Shown here in pieces: positions 25,302 through 38,170 of a stretch of 64,000 bases of DNA. The notes beneath the pieces were generated by a model that had not been told where the DNA came from, did not search any database, and saw only the letters and a list, made by a program, of their open reading frames with translations. How positions within the stretch are numbered: position 1 is the stretch's first letter; every line of letters begins with the position of its first letter. This DNA comes from Octopus sinensis. Taxonomy: Eukaryota. The DNA lies in assembly GCF_006345805.1 (NCBI RefSeq), contig NC_042998.1, positions 145,824,001 to 145,888,000 on the forward strand, in the 5' to 3' direction. The translations under genes and the position numbers were made by a program.

Positions 25302-25664
25302 TATAACCAAGAAAAAAGTAACAAGAATGGATCAGTAGTTTAGTACAATTGTTTCATACTAAGAACATTTTATTTAAAGCTGCAAATATTACAGCAAATA
25401 TAATGTCAAGTATTCATCAACTAAATCACATATATGTTTTCCAAACATCCTAGAGAGTGTAAATATCCTTATGAAGTATTAGGAGTGAGTTCTATGAATT
25501 TGAAGTAAGATTGTAAGCAGACTTTATATGTTTTCCAACAATGCACAGTTTTTAAAAAAAAAATTTTTATGTTTGCTGTAATGTTTGCTTTAAATAAAAT
25601 GTTCTTAGTATGAAACAATTGTACTAAACTACTGATCCATTCTTGTTACTTTTTTCTTGGTTAT
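25302..25664. repeat. ~100-bp inverted duplication ending at (TA)n (Penelope-type inverted terminus)
   Basis: 25302-25403 is nearly the exact reverse complement of 25567-25664; the second arm carries only the 3' half of the hammerhead. Confidence 0.85.
25339..25425 (-). ncRNA. Type I hammerhead (UUGAUGA variant)
   Basis: Minus: TTTAG-TTGATGA-ATAC..GTAT-GAAA-CAATT-GTA-CTAAA; palindromic stem III ACAATTGT; same family as 58224-58313. Confidence 0.8.
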
Positions 25665-25675
25665 ATATATATATT

Positions 25676-25818
<143 letters not shown>

Positions 25819-27649
25819 ATATATATATTATTACTCGCATACATATGAGAGTGGATACGGCTAATGTTTCATCGTTTTATCAATTATCACCATGGTTCGC
25901 ATCAGTGGACAGCGAGTGTTAGCTATTGAAACATTTATCAAGAAATGGTAAAACTGGGTTTTTCTACTGCACCCTGTATTAATATTGTAGAGACCATGCT
26001 TTCGATAAAAATCTTATTGTGAGTTTGTGATTAGGAAGACGACCATAACAATTTAAAGTCTTCATTGACCTTCTTTCAGACTACTATATCTAACACAAGA
26101 TATGTAAATGAGATGCAGAGCCTTACAAATATTCTATAAAGTCAAAGGGGTTTTTCCTGTTTCTATTCCGGTCGTAATAGACAGAGCGAATACATCCTCA
26201 GTTTCTTATAATTGATCTCTTCAACGCCTCTTTTGAGAACGTTTGCTTCTTTTCTATAATTCAAAATCATGTGTGTGTGTACAAGTTAATGTGTGTGCGC
26301 GTCGTTGTATACGTGTGTTAGTTTGTGTACATATACGAGTGTTTTTGTATCTGTGTATGTGTGTGAGTTTGTGTATGTACATATATGACAATGCAAGGTT
26401 ATGTGTGTAAGCGTATGAGTCTATGCAGATATATGCACATTTGTGTGTATTAATCTATGCGTGTATATATCAGTGTGATTGTGATCCTCTATGTGTATGT
26501 GCGACCTTATGTATGTGTAATTGTGTAAATCTGTATGTTTCAGCGCATGTATAGGAGTCTGTTTATGTAAGTATGTGTGTAAATATGACTGTTGTTGTGT
26601 CTATTTCTGTACACGTATGTACCTGTATTTATGGAAGTATTTGCCAATGGGTGTAGAAGTCTGTATATGAATATCTGCATGTATGTGTCTGAGACGGTGG
26701 TATATGTGATGCACGTGTGTATGTATGTGTCTCTGTTGTGTTGTTTATGTAAAGAACTTTTAAGTTCTTCAAAAGACTATTGATAGGATTATTTCTGCGA
26801 GCTTAGATGAAACAAGTCTTCGGTATTTGGGACGGAAACCATGAATAATAATATGAAGCTACCCTGAGATAAAAAGACCACATCTCTCTGATTCGTTTAT
26901 AAATGGACTGGTTCAATCTCAAATCCACAGTTATATAATTCTCTCATTTTTTTTTTTTTTTTGCAATAGTTTCTTCAAATAACATTTGAAAGTTTCGCCT
27001 TTTTCTATATAATATTGCCTGGAAGATATTGTGATGATCGTACTTTTTAAAGTCTGTTCGAGGTTTTAAAGCACAGTTTATGCAGCTAGATTTTTCATCA
27101 GCTTTTATATAGATACAGTCAACTCTATCTTTAAAAGCACACGTTTAATTTCTTTCTAAATAATAACAATTATAAGTTGTATTATTTAAGCTTGAGCGTC
27201 TGACTAGATTTTTGTACTTGATATTCAAACTCCTAGAAATATTTAGTGGGCAGATACAGATATCTTATATGTCATTTCTATTACACAACCAGTGGCAATT
27301 ACATTTCAGAACTGTTCATCTCTTTGAAGGAAGTAGCCTCCTATAACATTTGTTTTACAATGATATAAAATTAAGAGATCTAATGTGATGTTTTTGTTTG
27401 TTTTTTTTTTAATCTCATTGGTTATTAGTTGTGCTATATGAGTACTACAATTTTTCACTGTAACGATAATCTGGTGTGTGTGTTTTGCGTATGTGTGCGC
27501 GCATGTGTACATGAGAGTGTGTGTGTGTGTGTGTGTGTGTAGAAGAAGTAGAACAACAACAACAGCAGCAGCAAAACAACAACAACAACAGCAGCAGCAG
27601 CAGCAACAACAACAACAACAGTTTCCATATATATATATATATATATATA

Positions 27650-27885
27650 TATTTCTTTATTACCCCGAGGGGGCTAAACATAGAGAGAACAAACAAGGAC
27701 AGACAAAGGGATTAAGTCGATTACATCGACCCCAGTGCATAACTGGTACTTATTTAATCGACCTATGAAAGGATGAAAGGCAATGTCGAACTCGGAGGAA
27801 TTTGAACTCAGAACGTAACGACAGACGAAATACTGCTGAGCATTTCGTTCAGCTCGCTAACAATTCTGCCAGTACGCCGCCTTTA
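27650..27885 (-). mobile_element. SINE family A, full length
   Basis: Matches unit 6930-7165 end to end. Confidence 0.85.
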
Positions 27886-28261
27886 TATCTATATCTATTT
27901 ATTTATACACACACACACACCACACATACATACATACATATATATATATATATAATATATATATATATATAATATTATATATAGATATATATATATATAT
28001 ATATATAATATATATATAACAATTAAGGATAACTTCTTAATAAGGAATCTTAACAAGAAATTATCAGGTAGATAGCGTGAAAAACCTCATAAGAGAAAAA
28101 TTTCGAAAATAATTCTTTCTTATTGAACATATTAATTTATATATAGAGGGCATTATTACACATACATGCCACACGCTAAGAGGGACATTAGTCATTTCTA
28201 CCAAAAAATTTTACTAATCATACCCAATGCAATTTTTCAAAGCAAGACATTTAAAAAATGA

Positions 28262-28331
28262 ATTTAGTCTTGTATCACCTGTGATTTCGTACTTACCGCA
28301 GTTGCGACCGTACTCATCAGCAAGACTGATT
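28262..28331 (-). ncRNA. Type I hammerhead ribozyme, fully canonical
   Basis: Minus: AGTCTTG-CTGATGA-GTAC-(17 nt)-GTAC-GAAA-TCACAGGTG-ATA-CAAGACT; 7-bp stem I, 4-bp stem II, 5-bp stem III, AUA site (cut after 28273). Confidence 0.93.
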
Positions 28332-29109
28332 CTGAACATATCATAAATAAACGACCTCGCACGGTGGCCCGTTGTGTTTTTGAGCTAAAACACTTCATTT
28401 CATGTTGCTTTGCAAATGAAAGAGTGACAGAGACGTTGGCATGTCGGTAAAAATACTTTACGATATATTTTCCGGCTCTCAGCATTCCGAGTTCAAATTC
28501 CACCTGCTTAAAGAAGGCAACTGGAAACCACACTAGTATTCATCCGAAGTCTAGTCAAAGTAGTCGAAGTTCCAGTCACCTACTTAACGGCGGCGGGGAA
28601 GGATGCAGATCCCCCCAGGTTGTATAGAGAGTGCTAGAGAAGGCTCACGTGCAGGATCTGCTCAAGAGCAGACCACCACTAGACAAGAGTCCGAGATACT
28701 CAGATCAAGAAGGAAAAACAAGATCGTCGTAGCTTAGACTCGGATCTGGTTTATGGGCTAATAATGAATACAGCACGCTTTGATTTGTGTACCTGAGTAC
28801 TGAAACAATGTGTGACTATACATTCATTTATGTAATATATTCTATTATTCATGAATATGTATAAAGTATATAAATATATAGATAACATACATAATATATG
28901 CATGTATGGCGATATAATATATGTAGATAACATATAATATATGTTTGTACTGACGCAGTGTATCCGGAACTAATTTATTCAATGTGCGACCCCATACAAT
29001 TTTTTCAAAATCATAAGGTATGATTTGAGAGAATTTTGTCTAATATTTCAAGTGGGTGTGTTTATCATGTAGAGAATCGAGCTTGCGTTGCCACATGTCT
29101 GTGTATGTA

Positions 29110-29168
<59 letters not shown>

Positions 29169-29416
29169 GTGTGTGTGTCGCTAGATGCATCAGTGCGTAA
29201 ATTTATGAATTTTGATTTTTAAAAATACTATGCAAGCAATGTTTTATTCTATAAAATACATAGTTAAAAAGAAGTTATTAATCGGCATCCTTATTACATT
29301 CTAAAAAACCAATACTCTATATCTATTATATTACACATGTATATTTGAAATATATTCATACTTGGAGGTGATATGTTCGACTAAGCCCTTAAAGGCGGTG
29401 CCCCAGCATGGCCGCA

Positions 29417-29452
<36 letters not shown>

Positions 29453-29599
29453 CAAGCTGATAGGAGAAACTTGAAGTTCCTGTTAACTTGTTCTTGGCAA
29501 TACATATCATTAATGAAGGATTAAGATTTGCCATATTTCTGAAATTGTATGTAAAGAGAAAATCTGCTGCTCTCCGCCATATAACTTCTTTTATTTTTT

Positions 29600-30871
29600 T
29601 TTTATAGAGATGTTTCTTTATTGCCACACAGGGCTGCACACAGATAGAACAAATTACAAGGTAGAGCTTTTCTTTTGAAGGTTTAAAAAAAAATTAAAAA
29701 AAAAAAAAAAAAAAAGGAAGGGGGAGTTTCGATCAAAAGGATCGTAAAAGGAGAGAAAGAGGCACAAAAAAGGGGGGGTTAAAAAAAAAAAAAAAAGGGG
29801 AGAGGAAAAAAAAATTGATCAATAGGATCGTTATCACAGAAATGTCAATATGAAGTGTAAAGGGGAGGACAGGTGAGGTTTACCCGTGGAAAGAAAAGCC
29901 TACGGAAAAGACCACGGTAACCTCGGTCAATGAAGTCACATTATATTTCTTTTTTTTTTTTTTTTTTTTTTTTTTGCAAATAAGCAACTCTCTGTTTTCG
30001 ATTTCTGGGTTCATTAGGACTATGCGCAAGGTGGCTTCGTCATTCATACGTGCCATTCTTGCTACATTCACCCATCTTTTTTTAAAAAACATTCGCTAGA
30101 CAAAACTTGCCTCTCTACTCTCACTTTCCTTTTCAAGTGGTACTTGAAGAAGTTGATGAGATTGACCAGAGAGGAAAGTGTTTGTCTCCAATCCTTTCAG
30201 ACGCTCACCAGATACATTCTTTCGCCATAGCCACAAGGATGATGAAAATAGCTCTTCCTTCCCGTTTGAAGGAAGGAGGCGTGACAATATTGACGATAGA
30301 CTCAGCTGATAAACCGACTCGTCCCACGTGACAGCAGTTGTTCGACATAAGCCCACAGGTCGGAAATTGTTGGACCACTGACGAGTGCGTGCAGAACGGT
30401 TTCGTCGCTCTGACCGCATCTCGGGCAGGTCGGCCCCGTGTTTCTCGAGCCGTGTCTGTAGAGCTTATCCCGAACGGGTAGCGCTTCTCGGTAGCACTGC
30501 CAGGCCAGGGATCTCTCGAAGTTGGTCCATGGGCCCTGGCCCGAAAGTCGTCCCGAACAGGCGGTCAGGTACTCCTCGTCGACGTCCAGTTTCGCCCCAA
30601 GCTCGTCGTCGTACCTCCCCTCCACTAAACCCCTATAGAATGCTTTGGGTGTGTTGAAGTCACTTAAGGTCGACCCAGGACGGCAGAGTTGCTTGAGAGC
30701 AACGCGACACTCGTGGTGCCATTCGCCTTCCTCGGCCTCTTTTTGATCCACGACTGCAGTTCGGTCATGGAGACGAGCTGGCGGAAAGCGTGCCTCACAA
30801 ACGGCGACCACACCTGTTCACCGTCGTCTACATAGAGCCAGAGATGTCGCAGTCTCAGCGCGTGTCTGCGC

Positions 30872-30872
<1 letters not shown>
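29600..30872 (-). mobile_element. Tx1-like LINE 3' fragment
   Basis: RSLAWQCYREALPVRDKL..CPRCGQSDETVLHAL (C-terminal zinc knuckle); homologous to 52180-52880; AATAAA near 29615. Confidence 0.85.
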
Positions 30873-30967
<95 letters not shown>

Positions 30968-31447
30968 TTACACACACACGCACACACACATATTTATATA
31001 ATGTGATAATGTGTGTATGTGCTTATACACATATGTGAATGTATGTATGTACGCATGTTTTTTTATCATATGCTTTTAATTTTTCACCAACAGAGTAGAT
31101 TTCTAGCCTAAAAAGACTAAAATTTAGACATTTCTATGCATGTATACATGAATACAAAAACTGTGTGCTCACAAATATGCATGTACATATATTCATATGC
31201 ATATTTATATGCACATTTGGCGCATGAGGTTTAATTAATATTGTATGTACGGATATCATTATGTGCTAAACTTTAAAAATATTTTTAATATTTTGTTAAT
31301 ACCTTTGAGAAGTTGTAGCTGTAGTTTTCTGATTGGGTATGATCTTTCTGATTTTGTTAATTCTGGTTTCTCAAGATTGGTATTGAGGCAGTTTGTCATG
31401 CAGCCAAATGCTCCAATATTTATGAGTAAAAATCTAAAGTTATATTA

Positions 31448-32283
31448 TTAAGGTTATTTCTACAGATATTCTATAGAAATTGTAACCAACACTCATTTTT
31501 GCTACAGCGTTTCGTATACGAGATGTCAGACGTAAACAAACAATGATATCGAAGATGAAAATGAGTAATGGGCGTGCATGCCATATATTCGGGAGGGGGG
31601 TCCCCTCATCAGTACCCATCTAACCTATAAACCATCCTCAAACCCATTGCTTAAATAGCCATCACACATAGCGGTGCAAAGTTATTGGATATACCAATTT
31701 ACATATTAAACGCATTCCTGGAATCTGGTATGTAAATACTAATGATTTGTAGGTACGTGGTATTTCCTTGTACAACCATAATATACTATAAAGTATATTA
31801 AATGTTTTTATAAGTAAATACCATGTTCTACCGCGTTACCAGTGCGCTTTACATTATTTTGTTAAGGCTATTTCTGCAAATAGTCGTATCAGCTTCCAGG
31901 AATTCCTTTAATATATAAATTGGCATACCCAATAGTTTTACAGCGCTACGTGTGGTTGCTATTTAAGCAATGTATTCGAAGATGATTTATGGGTTAAGTA
32001 GGTGCTGATGAAGGTGCTAAATCCCCGAAATATGGTATATACGCATATTACCCATTTTTCATCTTCGATATCATTCTTTGTTTACAACTGACGTCTCGTA
32101 TACGAAATGCTATAGCAAAAATCAATAGAATATCTGTAGAAATAACCTTAACAAAATAATGTAAAGTGCACTGCTAATGCAGTAGAACATGTCATTTACT
32201 TATAAACGCATTTAATATGCTTTATATATTATGGTTGCATACCTAAATGCCGCGCTTCTATAAATCATTAGTTTCTAAAACCA
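31448..32283. mobile_element. Inverted pair of circularly permuted ~400-bp hammerhead-bearing monomers (retrozyme-like)
   Basis: Copy 1 (31448-31882) order A-B-C-A; copy 2 (31885-32283) is the reverse complement of C-A-B; CTGATGA..GAA motifs at 31612-31587 (-) and 32005-32030 (+). Confidence 0.7.
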
Positions 32284-32339
32284 TTGTTCAAATTAAGTAA
32301 TTGTAAATTTCTCATTATTTCGATGTATATATGTATGTC

Positions 32340-32640
32340 AGATTATCTTTAGTGCTGCTGATAACATGCAACCTAGTACAAGCCATTCCTGGTCAGCCCG
32401 TTGATGACTAAACAGGCAACCCTACCAAGCTTGCTTGTTAAGGAGAGTGGTTTTCGTTGGACACCCAGTAAGATGAAAATAAAAATCTAACAAAGGACAG
32501 ACGAACTCAGCAGAGGCAACGACCATTCAACAGCTGGGTGTAGGAGACCACTTGTCTTTGTTTAGTTGTTTATCTAGGAGCGATAAATTCTGAAGTAGCA
32601 TTCACCTCATTGCATAGCCAGAGATCTTGCTCTTGCATGT
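32340..32640 (+). mobile_element. Degraded RTE-like 5'UTR fragment (tentative)
   Basis: CAACGACCATTCAA and TCTAGGAG..AATTCTGAA resemble 56866-57020. Confidence 0.3.
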
Positions 32641-34009
32641 TTTTGCTTAGCTTTGTAGGTTAGAATCTTAACAGTGTTGTGCAAGTTGTTATTGATTTTA
32701 AATTTCTGCACGGATATTACTGACAGCCATTGTCTTGAAGATCTACGATAAGATAATGTTCAGTGATGGTCATACTCATCTACGACTTAACAGCCTCCAT
32801 GTATACATGTATATATGTATGCATGTATGTATGTATGCCTGTATGTATTTATGTATGTATGTAAGTATGCCTGTATGTATGTATGTATGTATGTATGTAT
32901 GTATGTATGTATGTATGTATGTATGTATTATGTATGCATGCATGTATGTATGTATGCCTGTATGTATGCATGTATATATGTATGTATGCATGTATGTATG
33001 CATGTATGTATGCATGTATGTATGTATGTATGTATGTATGTATGTAGCCTTTACTTTTTTTCAATTTTTTGTGTTCTGATAAAAAGTTGATTTCTATAAG
33101 AGAATCAATGTTCTTCATCAGAATTTTTGAAAGCCACTGTAAAGAATTCTCCGTTAGAATTTAGAAAATCTCTTGTATTTTCTCTGTTCCGCTTAAAAAA
33201 TGAATTTATGAAGTCCTGTTTAGCTGGTTGCTTTATTTACCTGAAAACCCCCATTTAGTAACTGAAGCAAATATATTTATGATTATAGCTACAAATATAA
33301 ATTTATATTCTAAGAAGGGAAGTAGGTTTCAAAACCATTATCCATAAATAAACTCTTCCACACTGATTTTGAACTAAACGCTTCACACTCACAAGGCAAT
33401 AGATATATTTTCTTTTGTGTTGCAAACAACTGAATCAAAACTGTAATGCTTGCATTTGATGGAGATCTTGCTAGAATCTTCAACCAATGTTATTTTTTTA
33501 TGATGATTCCCATGAATGCACTCACCATCACAAATACTGTCAATAGTTTTCCTGTGAAGGTCTTTCCTACAGATGGCGTTGCATATAGCTTTATCAGTAA
33601 CTTCACACCATACCGGAAGATGTGAAATTAATGATGTTTCGAGGCACCGGCAGAACACGTATATTAATGTAGCTTCTGAACACGTGTGTCATAACGTTCA
33701 TGAATATATTTTCGATATTTTTTTATGCATTTTGAATGTTTAAGCAATTCTTTGTCTCTTTTGTTCAACCTTATTTTGTAGCTATCTTCCTTTTGATTAC
33801 AAATGCATAACCTTCAAAATGTTGTGATGTAATGATCACGAGGCCAAAGAGGTTACACTTCCTGTCAATATTAGCACAGACTTCAAGTATACTAAAAACA
33901 TATTTAAGCATTACTTTTTGTTAAAAAGCAGAATGTTTTTGACTAGGTCTTCGCTGAAGCACGATGGTTCAGCATTTCTGGGGTCGCCTATAACATCTAT
34001 ACATCCATT

Positions 34010-34225
34010 TTTCTCCGTCCATTATTCCAAGGGGTCATTGGAGTAGAGTCCTCAGGCACCTCTTCCATAAGGTTCTGTCAGAAGCAGACATTATTACTAC
34101 ACTTTCTAGCTGGATTCCCAAGCATGACCAACTGAGACTACGGATAATATCCAACCATATCGTTCTTGGTCCACTTCCAGATCTCTGCTGGTGGGCTCTG
34201 CTTGAAGAATCCATCTTGCGATTCT
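34010..34225 (-). mobile_element. RTE-clade LINE 3' end
   Basis: GPRTIWLDIIRSLSWSCLGI...DRTLWKRCLR resembles the RTE C-terminus (GRPR.RW.D ... DR..W). Confidence 0.65.
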
Positions 34226-34458
34226 TTCCAGCAACCTTATTGTTAGATGTCCATAGTACTGAAGTTGTGACTTCTTCAGGTAGAAAAATAGCAGCTCGAT
34301 CTGGAGAGGTTCCCCTGACCTCCAAGCTACGCACCCTCACAAGTAACGTAACTTTGGAGATCAAGGACGCTGAAATAAGAGTAATAATAAATCTGAAATG
34401 AAGCCGAAGCATATAGTGCGAGTAGTTAATTGGTAAAAATATGACCATCCACAAGTAT

Positions 34459-34499
<41 letters not shown>

Positions 34500-34502
<3 letters not shown>

Positions 34503-34865
34503 GCTGTGTGGTAAGGAACTTACCGGGTTCAGTTCTACTGCGTGGCTCCTTCGGCAAGTGTCTTCTACTATAGCCTCAGGCCGACCAAAGCCTTGTGAGT
34601 GGATTTGTTAGATGGAAATTGAAAGAAGCTCGTCGTATATTTATATATATATGTATGTATTTGTGTGTCTTGTGTTTATCCCCCACCCCAACCTCGCTTG
34701 ACAACCGATGTTGGTGCTAACGTCCCTGTAACTTAGCGGTTCGGCAAAAGAACCGATAGAATAAGTTCTAGGCTTACAAAGGATAATTAATGGAGTCGAT
34801 TTGGTCGACTAAAGGTGGTGCCCCAGCATGGCTACAGTCAAATGACTGAAACGAGTAAAAAAAGA
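34500..34865 (+). mobile_element. SINE family B
   Basis: GCTGTGTGGTAAG head, GGGTTCAGTT B-box-like, same body and tail as 7288-7755. Confidence 0.8.
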
Positions 34866-35116
34866 GAAAATGAATATACATCCACGCACACATATTTACA
34901 TACAACATATATACATACATACATACATTTGTATGTATGTATGTATGTATGTATGTATGTATGTATGTATGTATGTATGTATATGTAATTATAATTTAGA
35001 ACGAACAGTAAAAGGTTGTAATTATAGAACTCGGAGTTTCAAATGGAGCGAAGAGCTACAGTACATCTTCGTCCTCTAATATCGAGGTCTCACTCTTTAG
35101 TTGCTACATTGTATTA

Positions 35117-35205
<89 letters not shown>

Positions 35206-35233
35206 TACATATATAAATTTGTATATATATATA

Positions 35234-35264
<31 letters not shown>

Positions 35265-35355
35265 ATGTATACCTGTTTGTAGAATATTCTTGCAATATTT
35301 TCTACGATGTCTATTTCTGTCTCTTTCTCTTTCTTAACCTCCGTTTTACCCTCCC

Positions 35356-35386
<31 letters not shown>

Positions 35387-35883
35387 TCTCCCTCCCTAAT
35401 GCTCGCCTCTGTTGCTTTCGTCCCTCTGCCCTCAACGACTCTTTCTCTCCCCTCCCACTACCACATGGCCCGTGACCATCTAAACCTCTTTCATCCTTTA
35501 TTCGCTTTCCGTTGACCAGGTCGGTCACGTTTCTTTGCGCCCTACACCTTTTTCTTATACAGTTCGTCTACTTCTTCGTTCTGACTTTCTATGTGCCCTT
35601 CTCTCGTCTCTAGTCCTATAGGACATTTTCATTTTTCATTTCATTTTTCATATGCATTTCATTGCATATCCGTTTGCCTAGCAGTCGCACGGCTTTTGCT
35701 GTTTTATTTGTATAACCATTATGATTATTTTGCCGTGTTTATTTTCATTGTCATGTACTATCATTAGCTATTTCCAGTGGCTTTTTGCTACTGCCGCTAC
35801 CAAAAGTGAGCAATCTCAACGATAAAGGGCGCGAAATTGTAAGGATCTTTTGGATATTGATTGATGAGGAATTAGCTACTAAT

Positions 35884-35937
<54 letters not shown>

Positions 35938-36014
35938 TGTGTGTGTGTGGTGTGTGTGTGTGTGTGTGTGTAGAATTATCCTTAAATAAAGATTATAACA
36001 TATTAGATATTACA

Positions 36015-36230
36015 GTAGTGGCCTTATAACATAAAGAATCCATTTTGCGATTCTTTCATTCGACATTCTCATCCCATTTGCATAGTACTGGAGCTGTGGC
36101 TTCTCAGTATGGAAAAGTAGCCTCTTGACCTGGGGAGATTCCTTGATCTCTGAGCTATGCACCCTGTCAAGCAACATTACTCCAGAGATCTTTCGGAGGA
36201 ATGTCAGGATCTTTCGGGTTTTAATACCAT
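36015..36230 (-). mobile_element. RTE-clade LINE fragment
   Basis: FLRKISGVMLLDRVHSSEI...QLQYYANGMRMSNERIAKWIL resembles the RTE post-RT region. Confidence 0.65.
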
Positions 36231-36289
36231 TTATGTAGGTTTCCTCTACAAACCAATCAACTATTCCAAGTGATGGTACCACTATCGAT

Positions 36290-38170
36290 ACAACAAATGT
36301 ATGTATTGTGGGTTATTGTCTGGTAATAAAAGAAAATCTCTAACTACCATATGCTTGTAAGCTTCTTCAACAGTATTTGATCTCTCTATCTTTATCCTCA
36401 CGACTTACACACAAATACATTTTATTAACTCTTCATTGTGTGGGATAGATAAGATAGAGACCCTAGATGTGAAGGTTTGTGGTCTGTGGTTCAGTTTTCC
36501 TGCTTTGAACAACCATGTATGTATGAACATTTCATTTGACTAAATTCTATCTCTGAAAATATTAAATCCAGCTACTTCTCGGGAACATAAATAATTCTAG
36601 TGCAGAAGCTTGGAATGTCAACTAAGAAACTATGGATTACATTAATGTCTCTTGCTCTTTCATATAAACACATTGTTTGCAAAGGAACTGCAATGGATTT
36701 TAACGCCCTAATAAACAGAAGCACAGACAGATTGTCTCCTTGGAAGATTCTTTTTCAGAGATTTATACCACAGCAGACAATCGTGTTTTCAGTTACACGA
36801 GTAAGAATTATCGACCAGAATTTTTTGAGCTTTTCTGCTGCAGCAACTAAAGCAGCAGATGCTTTTACTAAATGCAGGAATTCCAACAACCATGAGTGGG
36901 GAATAGAGTTATACGCCTTTTAGTAATCAAGTCACGCAGTCGTAAATTTTATGTGTTGGTTTTCGCTTCTTCTTTCACACAAATAGCCAAGCTTTATAAA
37001 TTCAGAGAGTGGAGAGTTGCCGAAATCGTTAGAGTGTCAGGGAAAATGCCTTGCTTTATATTTTTTTTCAAACACTGCTTTATTTCTGTTTAATTTTTTT
37101 TTCAAACACTGCTTTACAATTCATGTTTCTGTAATTCATGTTTCATGTACTATAACTGATGTCATCATATAACCTTTTTCCACAAATTTCAGACCTTCTG
37201 CCTATAGTAGAAATAATCTTTTATTTAACAGTCGCTTCGAACATTCCAAAGCTTTTATACTTTTCATTTACGATTCCTCTGTCTTCTTCACTGGTCTTGC
37301 AGAAACTGATTCTGCCAACACGTCCAAAGATTTCTGTACTAAACTTATCAAACCAATGTGGCACATCAATGTGGCCTTCCATAATTCTTCCTAAGATGTA
37401 GAATCTCAACATCATGTATTAGTACCCAAACTATTAACTCTCTTATTGGTGCCTTCCCACAATGCATTTCTACATAATTTTCAGAGTTTATACAGTAAAT
37501 ATTCATTACTGGCTGTATCCTGCAATGGTGTATTGTAGCTGAAATCCCTTTTGTCATTTCTTATCTTAGACAAAAGCATATGTAGGTAGCTTGTATGAAG
37601 GGATGGATTGATGGATGGATGGATGGATGGATGGATGGATGGATGGATGGATGGATGTCATCCATAAAAGATCGCATAATCGGGAGCCCGATACAGGATA
37701 CTTATATACATTGAGCACCAACATCACCACTGAAGCAGCACTGTTATCTTTTATGCCCAAGGGTTCATTCATCCACTCTTCTGATCTGAAAATATATTTT
37801 GGACGAATAAACAAGGGTATAACTGTTGTTTCCTCCCCACCATGAGCCTCAGTGTTTATATTCATGTTAGGAACTTTATACACATCTACGTGATTTGGAA
37901 TTGATTGTCTTCGAGATGCAATTAAATTCAGCCTCATAGAAGACAATATAACCTCAACCCGCCTTCTCACGTCTACCAACCTTTTAGTACCATCCCTCAC
38001 ATCTCTTCTTTGCGATAGAATTATCTGATACATTTATAACAAAAGGTTTATAATCAAATCAGGGCCTGGTAGACATCTGAGAGCACTTAGTAGAAAATCT
38101 ATCGAACTTGTTACAGATTTGTTAGCAATGAGAAAGTGACTATGCTTGAAACCGGGTTGAAGACTACCAT
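36290..38170 (-). mobile_element. Old CR1/L2/Jockey-like LINE RT region, heavily degraded and interrupted
   Basis: PGPD motif near 38070 followed by broken RT-like frames (PLGI) on the minus strand. Confidence 0.45.

Noticed and set aside
28297-28331. 35-nt micro-exon (TTCAG|..CG|GTAAGT, minus strand)
   Set aside because: Fully explained by the hammerhead fold it overlaps
32085-32120. Second hammerhead-like motif in the 400-bp monomer (CTGACGT..GAAA)
   Set aside because: Core lacks G8-A9 in one copy and A9 in the other; stems I and II are unconvincing
33380-33960. Coding-like minus-strand remnant, possibly a DNA transposon
   Set aside because: No diagnostic motif or termini recognisable by eye
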